Source: Octopus vulgaris
Taxonomy: Eukaryota
Direction: 5' to 3'
Assembly (NCBI GenBank): GCA_951406725.2
Contig: OX597818.1
Coordinates: forward strand, 2,046,001-2,110,000
Length of the DNA: 64,000 nt
Both the position numbers and the translations under genes were made by a program. How positions within the stretch are numbered: position 1 is the stretch's first letter; each line of letters starts with the position of its first letter. The notes below the pieces were generated by a model, which made no database searches, was not told the origin of the DNA, and saw only the letters and a program-made list of their open reading frames with translations. This document shows positions 12,990 through 24,499 of this stretch, one piece after another.

Positions 12990-14790
12990 AAATGAGGGGA
13001 AATAACTTATAGGAATTTCTTAAATGTCATTACCCTTGCATTAACCATTGATTTTTCAAGAAATTGCGTTCAGCAGAAATTAATTACATTGTGCGTGAAC
13101 GTCCATATATATTCATATTGTTGTCTGTGCATGCAAGGAACGGTTTCTTCCCAAATATTCAAAATATTCACTGTTGATGTTATGTTGTTTAATTTCTCTA
13201 TGATCCAGAGTTTGCATCTGCTGCCTCTATATTTTCTGGCTATTATACTCCAAATTATATGGGGATTGTCACGCTCCTGTATTGGATAAAGTTATTGCAT
13301 GTCTTTTGTTTTAACTCTTAACTCTTAATTGCATGTCTTAACTCTAAATGAAGCCAAGTACTGCGTGTATCTCCCTTTGAAGGTATTTTTCTGCAATTCT
13401 TATGTAAGTTTCAATAAACGGATATCTATAAGTTTCAGAAATTGTCTAGCTATATTGTAACTACATTCATGCTGTACGGAGGATCATACTATATTTTCCT
13501 ATTCCTGCGTCTTTCGACCTATCTTCGTTTGGTTAGATATAGATAATACTGTTCTTAACATTAGAACTGTTTAGTGCAGCGTTGTGAAATGAGATGCTTT
13601 TTGAAAGTTGCTTCATTAGATGATAGGCTGGAAACATACCTACTAATGCTATTAACTAATTGTTTGATTATTAACGCAGGATAGTTAGAACCTCTGTCAA
13701 TGTAAGAAGCGTCTTCATTTGGTTTATGGAAATGCTTAAATTTGCCTGTACTAAGATTCATAATAATGTCTAGGAAATTTACGCTTTTAGTGCTAATTGT
13801 AGTTTCCAAGTTGGGTTTACTAAATGCTTTGCATTTTCTTATCTCATCCATATTGTCGCTATTTTTATTCTGTATTACTCCTAGACTGCTGTCCTTATAT
13901 AACCCTAAGCCAGCGTTTTTTTATTTCATTGTTAAGGAAATGTAGGATGTAGAGGCCAAACAGATCCGCTACCCTGCTCCATCATTGCGTCTCATAGCGA
14001 CATCAAATAGTTCGTTCCCATTCTTCACCCATTAGGTATTTTCGTGAAAAGGCAAGGGTTTCCTTGCATTTATTATAATGGCTACATTGGAGTTAGTGGC
14101 CGTTGTATATGTTTTACTATGCTCGAGTGCCTGTTGGAGACCTATGTTGAACTGGATGAGTTTGCATTTGGGTTTATCTTTAATTTTCTTACACCATTCA
14201 ATGATTTTACTGCTACATATCCACTCGGTACAGTTTGGAGAAGCTCCGATATGTTGTATGGTACTATCCAGTACACATTTGCTGATTACGCCTTTTTATT
14301 TGTGGGATTTATTAATCTGCAGGTAGGGCTTACAAATATTATTGGTATATCTACCAGGGTTACAAATACTATTCTGCCTTCGATATCAAATTTCATGGCT
14401 AGGTTTTCTTCCTCATCGATTATTAAATTATCGATGGGTTTGTTTCTTTTATATGTTTTTGTCATGCTATCAATTACCTTTTATTAATGCATTTGGAGAG
14501 TTCTTAAAAAGATGAAAAAAAGCTATTCGATCTATGATTGAATGTCACATTTTTAACTAGTTTTATTATGTCATTTTCAAGTCTATCTAGATCTTTAATA
14601 TGTGGTGGGTTTTTACAAAATCTGAAGCCGTAACAGTCCTCTGCCTGAGAGCTGGATATACTTTTATCGAAGAAATAGGCCTTACATTTTATTCTCCTCA
14701 AGGTCTGTCTTATTGAGATGTTTTATATAGACTTTCCGTGGTAGAATAGGAATGTTCTTCAGTGATTTTTTCATTTGGTGTTTTTTTTTC
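12990..14790 (-). pseudogene. Old Penelope-like element, Hydra-type motif pattern
   Basis: Fragments include CRLINP, FDVAM..DGA, GLYKDSSLG (GLYRDDGL-like), NFLDIIMNLSTG..HKPN and a C-terminal IIWSII..Y.G..CKL..EK...LN..E..PCMHR. Confidence 0.7.
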
Positions 14791-16414
14791 ATTCCAGTGT
14801 ATGTATGTATGTATGTCTTGTTGTCACAGCATCTTTCTGCGAGAGGAACACTGATGTAATAAGTGCGGTTTCACGTTGATTACTGGTCACTTCGCTTCAG
14901 CATGTCACTACGAAAACTCTGAGAGTAGTACTCGTGTTGTAAAAGCGTTTATAACTATAGTCCATTGATGCACAGATGTCTTCTTATGATGACTTCATTT
15001 GACATTCCATCTACTGAAAGTTTTATGGCGATGGACGTGAGGCGACGTATGCAGTCCTAACCAGGTGGAAGCGTACAGTGAGTTACAACTTTCGTATGGC
15101 ATCTGTGTTTCAAATCATGCAGATCTACAACGGGACAGAATAGTTCTCCAGGAGATCATGGACAAAAAGTCGGAAATGTCACTGAAAACAGTGGAGCAAT
15201 CATCATGTATGTATGTATGTATGTATGTATGTATGTATGTATGTATGTATGTATGCATGTATTATGTATGTGTGTATGTTTCAAGTTAAGCTGCAACCGT
15301 AGAATCGTTATACTTTTAGAGAAACCACTGTTTGGCTGCCACTTTTCAATTTCTTCACTTTTGTTTCAATTGATTTCAAATTGGGTGAGCTGGTATAGTT
15401 TTGTATGCTCATTATTGACATGAAATTCGTTTTTGCAATAAATCAATAAATAAGCTCTTAACAGTTTTTAAAGTTTGCAAATTTTGGTTAATTTTAGCCA
15501 CTCGAAAGCCACAGACATATAGGTGCCTATTTCTATAGTAATAAACTAAGCGTGGGAACTATCCTGTATAAACCAGGTGTGTTTACGAAAAATGTACGTT
15601 TACGAAATATTTAATTTGTTTACATTTTGTTTCTGCTCTTAAAACTACAAAATGTGTTGTTTACTCTTCTTTTGGTCATTTTTCGCTTATTAAATGTTTA
15701 AAACACGAGTTATAGTTGCAATGTTGACATTATTGTTTTGTTGTCTTATGATTATAGTCATGCACAAAATGACAGCTTCCAAATCCTGTTTTCTAATTGG
15801 GAAAAAATTATCAAACTTTAAACCTCTGCAACCTTTTTTTAAAAATTTTCTGGAGCAAGTGAATTAAGCCCTGAGATTCAGCGTGAAAAATTACATCAAT
15901 ACACCCAAATTTGAAAAATTTCATTTAATTTTAAAATTTCAGAAAAGTGCTCCCAAACAGAAAAGATCCAATGCTGAATCAAATGCGTTTTAACAGCGAA
16001 ATCAACAGCAGCTTCTCGACGTAGATTGTCTGACCTACCCTTGTAAAATAAAATGTAATCAGATCCTAATTCTTCTAACTGGCCGTCATCAGAAAGCCTC
16101 GTATCTGAGAGTACAACTATATGGAGGTTATATCGAGATAATTCCGAGTATAAAAATGCATTACAGCACTGACGATTAGTATATCTTGAATGTAACTACA
16201 TTCCAGCACGTGATCTTAAGACTTGATCTTTTCGAAGATGTATTTGTCTATAATTTTACACAGCGGTTTGTTGAACATTTGTATTTCACCCCCATGAGTG
16301 AACAACCGCCAGCTGCGGGACATTGGCCAGTTTGGTAGTGGTAAGCTTTGTTTAGACCACCTTTACTAGGTTCCTATTGAAAGCAAGTGAGCAGAGCTAT
16401 TCCTTAAAAGGGAC

Positions 16415-16512
<98 letters not shown>

Positions 16513-16513
<1 letters not shown>

Positions 16514-17512
16514 TGTTTCTTATTTAGCCACACAGGGCTGCACACAGACGGAACAGATTACAAAGTAGAGCTTTTCTTTTTGGGTTAGGTTTTCGATCAA
16601 AAGGGATCGTAAAAGGGAAAGAAGAGTAAAAAAGGGAAAAAAGGGAAAAGAACGATCAATAGGGATCATGTATCACAGTGCCATGGTGTAAAGTGGGAAG
16701 CAGATAAGGTTTATCCGTGGGAAGAAAAGCTTACGGTAACCTCAGTCAATGATGTTACATGTTACCACATTTGTTTGCAAGTAGGTAACCCTCTGTTTTA
16801 AATTTTCCGGGTTCATAGGATTATGCTCAAGGTGGCTTCGTCATTCATATGTGCCATCCTTGCTACATTCACCCATCTTTTTTTTTATACATTCGCTAGA
16901 CAAAACTTGCCTCTCTACTCTCACTTTCCTTTTCAAGTGATACTTGAAAAAGTTGATGAGAGATTGACCAGAGAGGAAAGTGTTTGTCTCCAATCCTTTC
17001 AGACGCGTCCACCAGGTACATTCTTTCGCCATATCCACAAGGATGATGAAAATAGCTCTTCCTTCCCGTTTGAAGGAAGGAGGCGTGACAATATTGACGA
17101 TAGACTCTGCTGATAAACCGACTCGTCCCACACGTGACAGCGGTCGTTCGACATAAGCCCACAGGTCGGAGATTGTTGGACACTGCACGACTGCGTGCAG
17201 ATCGGTTTCGTCGCTCTGACCGCATCTCGGGCAGGTCGGCCCCGTGTTTCTCGATCCATGTCTGTAGAGCTTATCCCAAACGGGTAGCGCTTCTCGGTAG
17301 CACTGTCAGGCCAGGGATCTCTGGAAGTTGTCCATGGGCCCTGGCCTCAAAGTCGTCCTGAACAGGCGGGTCAGGTATTCCTCGTCGACGTCCAGGTTCG
17401 CCCCGAGCTCGTGGTCGTACCTCCCCTCCACTAATCCCCTATAGAATGCTTTGGTTGTATTGAAGTCACTCAAGGTCGACCCGGGACGGCATAGTTGCTT
17501 GAGAGCAACGCG
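16513..17512 (-). mobile_element. 5'-truncated Tx1-clade LINE inserted in (GATA)n
   Basis: ORF2 C-terminus homologous to 34754..38071 (FYRGLVE, GPMDNFQRSLA, CPRC...ET.LHAVVQC). (GATA)n lies on both sides (16416-16512, 17514-17540). Confidence 0.9.
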
Positions 17513-17623
17513 ACAGATAGATAGATAGATAGATAGATAGAAGTTGCTTGACCCTACGATGACCCTCAATTTTGGGGTTTTGTGCTTGTAATTAAAATAC
17601 ACATAGACGTTTGCACGCACACG

Positions 17624-17668
<45 letters not shown>

Positions 17669-18989
17669 ACACACACATGCATTCACATATATTGCCACTC
17701 CCTAAATTTCATTATTCTGTTCGACAGTGGAGTGTTTTGGTACACTGGTCATATTTACGAAAGAAAGTTAAGACTATTTGTGTTACATATTCATATCTAT
17801 GTGTATACGTAGGTGTGCGTATGTATGAGTGCATCCCCACTATTGGCACTATTTGTTAGTAAACAGTATGAGCTGCGGATACGCACAATGTGTATCACTC
17901 CGCTGTATATTGACAGTTCGTAACAGGTTAAGCAAAATAAATGCGTAAAACAATAACAATGCCTTCATTGAGTTGTCTATCATCCCATCACGAACGAAAG
18001 AATGCATAACAATTTGGTCTTCAAAATTTCAATTTTTAATTTACTCGTTTAATTATAAAATTATCTCTTTCGCGTAATATCACTCTACAGATAAAAACAG
18101 TTTTTCTTTCTTTCAACTTTGGAATATGACTTGTTTTCCATTAAACCTAATTTTTTCTTTCTTTCCTTTTTCCTTTATTTTTCAACATTGTCAACCTACC
18201 AATTTGTTGTTATTGTTATTTTCGTGTTATGTTCGCTAAAGAATTTAATTGATGATAGTAATTCAGTATCTGACACTTGCCGGTTTTATTGCTCGACTCT
18301 ATTTTGCGATTTTCAATAGCCAATAATTTTCAGCTATCTTCTGTTGAGCATCAGTTATTATTTCAGCGTAAGTAGGTAGATTTTTTTAAAAATCGGAAAA
18401 AATGTCGAAACATAAAAATAAACTTATGACGCTTTAAACAACACGTTTAGATTGCAATCCAAAATACCCTCTTAGCTCACAAAGTGATTTGAACTGTAAA
18501 ATCTGCAGACGCCATTTTTATTAACAAAAGTAAAAGTAGAGTTGTAAGCTCAAATATCATTACATGGTTGTTTGAAGTTAAGAGGGCTCCATAAATATTA
18601 CGATTCCTTTTCAAACCTATCATTTTTCTAAACCATTTATGGCTCTTATTCGTTGTAGGGCCCTGTGAAAGGGAAACATAATTTTGAAGCAAAATAATTT
18701 AATGGAAACGAAGCCCTTGATCTGCAATACTCGATCTGCTGTTAATCGCTTGAACTCTTTCTATTAACATTTGATTTACTTGGCTGCAGACCTACTTATC
18801 TGTCCCAGACGTAAGAATATCAGAAGAATGTGTAAACAGCTTGGTTTAGTATGCCTGTGACTAAATTAAATGAAATTTGTTTACTCAAGAAATTGAAGGG
18901 GAAAAATCACCGCATCCTAGTGACATGGATAGCGAAAAGCTATCTTTGGATCTAGACTGAGCCAGGTAGTTTCCTGTCAGAGTAAAGTA

Positions 18990-19540
18990 TGTACCTATGT
19001 TGTTTCAGAACACAGAATCTTGACATCATTATAAAGAAAGGTGATGGCAAACTGGATAGGCACTGTTATCATTTTAAATATTCAATGCTTTATACTATTT
19101 GTGACCATGGTGAGCAGCATTTGAGAAAGTGGATCCTGTACAACCCATCAAAGAGTGCAGATTATTGCTTTTACTGTACCATGATGTCAAGCTGCGATGA
19201 CAGGTTTTCCAACATGGAAGGCTTTAATGACTGAGCAAAAAAGCAGAGGAAAAATGAAAAGATGTGAACAAAGCCAAGGTCACAAAGATTTTGTGTTGCA
19301 GTTCAATATTTTATGCAAGGAATGTTTTCATGTTGATAGAGAGTTGGAAAAACAAGTGCAGGAAAACAAGAAATATTGCGGTTTGTTGGGTCCGAGACAA
19401 TAATTCTAGCCAAGACACGCCTGGCATTTAAGGGTAGTGAAGAGATCTAAACACACAGGAATTTTGGAGGAATTACAGAACTTACTGTAGAATCTGATCC
19501 ATTTCTAATGGGTCGCTTGAAAGCATTCGGCCATCCCATA
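18990..19540 (+). pseudogene. hAT transposase fossil (TTF zinc finger region)
   Basis: RKWILYNPSK..YCFYC...GFND, then FLAKTRLAFKG..E and DPFL across stops and frameshifts. Confidence 0.65.
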
Positions 19541-19584
19541 AGAAATTGCCCTGTTAAATGCAAAATATATGAATTATATTGTAG

Positions 19585-19912
19585 CAAAACACCGGTTGTC
19601 AAGCGGTGGTGGGAGACAAACACAGACACGCACACATACATATATACGACGGGATACTTTCAATTTCAATCTGCCAAATCCGCTCACAAGGCTTTGGTCA
19701 GCTCGAGGCTATAGCAGGAGACACTTACCCAAGGTGCCACACAGTGTATGCATGTATGTATGTATGTATGTATGTATGTATGTATGTATGTATGTATATG
19801 TAGCGTACACTTGAGTTAAATTCCTCTCCTCTCTATTATATATATTCATACATACGAACGTAGTAGATAACAACTAGCCTTTTGGAAACAAGCTTCTTGC
19901 CACACAACCACG
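19585..19912 (-). mobile_element. tRNA-derived SINE split by (TATG)n and an LTR fragment
   Basis: 19585-19745 and 19882-19912 match consecutive parts of the SINE at 55657-56055. 19799-19880 matches the LTR start at 22872. Confidence 0.7.
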
Positions 19913-19927
19913 TGTACATACATGCAT

Positions 19928-19958
<31 letters not shown>

Positions 19959-20680
19959 CACATATATATACACACATATATGCATGTATACATGTGTTTA
20001 TGTATGTATGCATGTATGTATGTAGGTAGGTAGGTAGGTAGGTAGGTAGGTAGGTAGGTAGGTAGGTAGGTAGGTAGGTAGGTATGTTTGTATGCATGCA
20101 TGTATGCAGGGGTGGACTCGGGGTGGGTAAGAGGCACGTGACCCCTCAAGAAAAGACGTGCGTCCTTCTAAATAATGTTATGTCCTTTTCTGCTGAAATT
20201 GTATACTCTTCTGACCTTCTGCCCTCCCTTCGAAAATTCCTGTATTGTTTTTAACTAAACAGTTTGAAACTTCGGATACTGATTGAATTTGTCATGTAGA
20301 ACAAGGTTTACTCTTAACGTTTTTGACAAAATTTTGTATTTTAGGAGTTATTTCGTGTTAAAATGGTTGTATTTAGGTAATTTTAACCAATCAATGACGT
20401 GTATTCAGCTGAAGAAAGTTACTGATGCTGTTTGCGAACAACAACTTCCGGGTCGTTATTTTCAGAGTTTTACATTTAATGACTTATTACACATTGTGTA
20501 CCTGAATAAGTTACCATGAAACACATTCACACACTTAAACATCACGTCAATTTCCCCTTAGTTATTAACAAAACGATGAATCTTCGACAACAGAAAAATT
20601 TTAACTGAAAATCTCCCCTAACAAAACCCTTCTTTAATAACCAGAGATGTTTTTATATATGAATGTGTCTATCAATCAAT

Positions 20681-20809
<129 letters not shown>

Positions 20810-21244
20810 ATTTAAAATTAAAAATAAAAGGGTAAAATTATTTAATTAAATTAAGTAATCAATCAATTAATTAATTATTTTACCAAGTAGTTCAGTATGT
20901 TAAAATAACCTTTTCAGGTAAAATTATACAAATATTCCATATTTATGAATATAATCATAATTAGGGGTCAGCTAATTGCTTTATCACATACCGAATTTAG
21001 AAATAGCAGTTAAAATTTTCTTTTCTACTACCGTAAGAATCTCCCAGACAGTAACACACTTTTTTGCGTAGGCAAAGAGCAAAATAATGAATCAACACGA
21101 CTTCGCTTAGCCACAGACGCGTTTCGAGTTTAAAGTATTTCATTTACTTGAGATTTTTACGGTAGTAGAGAAGGAATTTTTAACTCCTATTTCTAAATTC
21201 GGTGTGTAGTGAAGCAATTAGCTGCCCCCTAATTATAATTATGT

Positions 21245-21286
<42 letters not shown>

Positions 21287-21347
21287 CGTTTAAATATTTG
21301 TTGTGCAAGATTTTTTATGTGAAGTCGTGTGTTGAAACAGATATTGT

Positions 21348-21618
21348 TATATTTCGGAATGGTCATATTGCCAGTTTAGCCAATAAAAACACACGCACTA
21401 TATATTTGGTGTTATTTTGCTTCAGTGATATTTATTTTTTACATTAATCTTAATCTTATTTCGGCCAAAGTTCTCAAATTTCACAGGAGTGTGACGAAAG
21501 AACTTTGGCCGAAATAAGATTAAGATTAATGTAAAAAATAAATATCACTGAAGCAAAATAACACCAAATATATAGTGCGTGTGTTTTTATTGGCTAAACT
21601 GGCAATATGACCATTCCG

Positions 21619-21625
<7 letters not shown>
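21348..21625. repeat. Near-perfect inverted repeat (~127-bp arms, 24-bp spacer)
   Basis: 21348-21474 versus 21499-21625. It is preceded by sequence resembling the PLE tail at 8893-8935. Confidence 0.9.
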
Positions 21626-21678
<53 letters not shown>

Positions 21679-22251
21679 AGTGTAGATCGTATACAAGTGG
21701 GTATATATTTATAAAAAAAGAAGTTTGAAAACGCCACTATATAAGATAAATTTTAATTTTCTTAGAAATTTTACATGTTTCGGTTCTTCTTGAAAAAACG
21801 AACCTTATCAGCATTTGGCGACCTCCATCTCCACCACCACCATCATTCGTCCTAACGTCAACATCTCTCTACGTACACAACTCAACAAGCAACTCACCCA
21901 GGTTCCAACACTCCACTGTTCATGAATTACTTCCCTATGGACCAACAGCAAATATACAACCTGCGAGAACTCCTGTACCAAGTGACCCAGGCAGCAGCAT
22001 CACAGCCACAACTTCACGTACATGTACCACAACCGGCTCTGCATCATCGCCGCAACTTCTTGATACAGTATTTCAACTATCGTGTACTATTGACTAGAAC
22101 TGGTGTTTATCATTCTTGTGCCTATGAACTTACTCCTCGTTTCGATGGCTATAGACTGTTTCACTGTCTCTACTTCATCGCCACAAATCGGCGACCCGTT
22201 CCAGCTCCTTGAAACTACAAATGGGAGAAGATAATTTTAATTTTCTTAGAA

Positions 22252-22299
22252 ATTTTACATGTTTCGGTTCTTCTTGAAAAAACGAACCTTATCAAAAAT
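22252..22299 (-). ncRNA. Minimal hammerhead-like motif, U3:A8 variant
   Basis: Reverse complement of 22492-22539. Confidence 0.6.
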
Positions 22300-22491
22300 A
22301 TTTTTAAAAGTGTAATAAAAAAGTTCATAATTGTTTCTTACTGTAAGAAACAATTATGAACTTTTTTATTACACTCAACTTTAAACTTACAGCTATTATG
22401 CTTACTACCGACAAAACACCACCACGTGGATTCTGTTGAGACCAGTAAGAAACAATTATGAACTTTTTTATTACACTTAACTTTTTAAAAT

Positions 22492-22539
22492 ATTTTTGAT
22501 AAGGTTCGTTTTTTCAAGAAGAACCGAAACATGTAAAAT
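22492..22539 (+). ncRNA. Minimal hammerhead-like motif, U3:A8 variant
   Basis: ATTT-TTGATAA-GGTTC-loop-GAACC-GAAAC-AT-GTA-AAAT. Confidence 0.6.
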
Positions 22540-22595
22540 TTCTAAGAAAATTAAGTTATCTTATATAGTGGCGTTTTCAAACTACTTTTTTATAA

Positions 22596-22688
<93 letters not shown>

Positions 22689-22871
22689 CACATTCTCATA
22701 TGTGTTGCTATAAAAACATCTCTGGTTGTTAAAGAAGGGTTTGGTTAGGGGAGATTTTCAGCTTAAAATTTTCTGTTGTCGAAGATTCATTGTTTTGTCA
22801 ATGACTGTATATATGTGTGTATGTATGTATGTATGTATGTATGTATGTATGTATGTATGTATGTATGTATC

Positions 22872-23228
22872 TGTAGCGTACACTTGAGTGAAATTCCTTT
22901 CCTCTCTATTATATGCATACATACGAACGTAGTAGATAACAGCTAGCCTTTGGCCGCATTTTGGACCCTGTTGTGTCCCCCTACTTTGATTGGTTGGTAT
23001 TGGTGCAATTTGTCTCATGCCCTATCGCGCACCAATATGCAACCCAACCAATCGTAGCCTTCAAATAAGGTCACGTGTGACAGCTTGTTTTCTACCTCAG
23101 CTGAGCCTAGAAACTCTTTATAAAAAAACCTAACTTTTCCTCGGCTCGAGGTCTTTCGTTCCAGAACTTTCAAGGTCTAGCCACTGACCACACAAGACAC
23201 CGCCAGTTCCAGCGACAACATAACTACA
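22872..23228 (+). mobile_element. LTR followed by a PBS-like TGG motif
   Basis: TGTAG...CTACA termini, CCAAT/ATTGG cluster, TATAAAA at 23119, then AA-TGGGAGAAGGAG. Confidence 0.65.
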
Positions 23229-23296
23229 AATGGGAGAAGGAGATACTCCATACGTATCTAAACCTTCAAATTCTATTATGTATGTATGTATGTATG

Positions 23297-23327
<31 letters not shown>

Positions 23328-23559
23328 GTATGTATGTATGTATGCATGTATGTATGTATGTATGTATGCATATATGCATGTATGTATGTATGTATGTGTG
23401 CATGTATGTATGTGTAGCGGCATAATCAGCCAGCGCCATATTGGATGAGTTCTCGCGGCAGCCATTGCCATCTCCGAGACTGGAGCGAGACCTCACCTGC
23501 ATCCATTTGCCATGCGCGAGATCACAACGAGGCTCGCGATGGAGAAAACTATATAAACG

Positions 23560-24290
23560 GGGATCTTTTCCTTTGGATCGGCAGTTTTCAACACAATTTC
23601 TAGTTAACTGAACACTTTAAAACTTCGTATACTGGCAGAATGTGTCAAAATAAAACATTTTTTTCTCTTGGCTTTCTTGAGAAAATTGTAATTTGTAAGT
23701 TTAACGTAGTTTAATTTTTCGAATTTTAACCAATCTATTTTAACCTCTATTGAGCTAAAATCATTTGCTGCGTCTAAAACTGAGACATCCTGTCACTAAC
23801 CCTAACTCTAACCCTAACCCTCACCCTAACCCTAACCCTAACCCTAAATTTTAGCCTTTCGTTTTTTTTTCTTAATTGTTAAATTAATTTGTTACGCGTG
23901 TGTCTAAAATTATTCGTTTTGTTTTTGTTTTGAGTTTTTGCTTTCGTTTTAGCCTTTCGTTTTTTTTTTTCTTAATTGTTATCCTTAAATTAATTTAACA
24001 ATTAAGAAAAAAAACAAAAGGCTAAAATTTAGGGTTAGGGTGAGGGTTAGGGTTAGTGACAGGATGTTGTCTGTTTTAGACGCAGCAAATGATTTTAGCT
24101 CAATAGAGGCCATGGGATTGGTTAAAATTCGAAAAATTAAACTACGTTAAACTTACAAATTACAATTTTCTCAAGAAAGCCAAGAGAAAAAATGTTTTAT
24201 TTTGACACATTCTACCAGTATATGAAGTTTAAATGTGTTTAGTTAACTAGAAATTGTGTTGAAAACTGCCGTTCAAAAGGAAAAGATCCC
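23560..24290. mobile_element. Foldback MITE with long TIRs containing (TAACCC)n/(GGGTTA)n
   Basis: GGGATCTTTTCCTTT...AAAGGAAAAGATCCC termini; arms complementary over ~300 bp; internal tandem duplication 23847-23880 / 23947-23981. Confidence 0.9.
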
Positions 24291-24499
24291 AGCGTTTTTC
24301 TTTTCGCTTTTTTTTTTTCTTGTGTGTGTGTTGAAAGGAAACAAAAGAAAAAAAAGCAGGTTGGCGACGAAATTTTTTTCTTGTTTGCATTCAGTACACA
24401 ATTCTATAAATTTTGTTATGAATTTTCTTTTCTTCTCGCACACTCGCTATTATTTCCGACAACACTTTTGTCGGTTTTTTTGGTTCATTTCTTTTCTCC

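Noticed and set aside
23796-24056. Telomere or telomere fusion site
   Set aside because: Only a few TTAGGG units, embedded symmetrically in MITE arms.
24362-24370. TGGCGACGA as the Gypsy PBS
   Set aside because: It is not preceded by the U5 seen in the 3' LTR, and the gag N-terminus is missing downstream.
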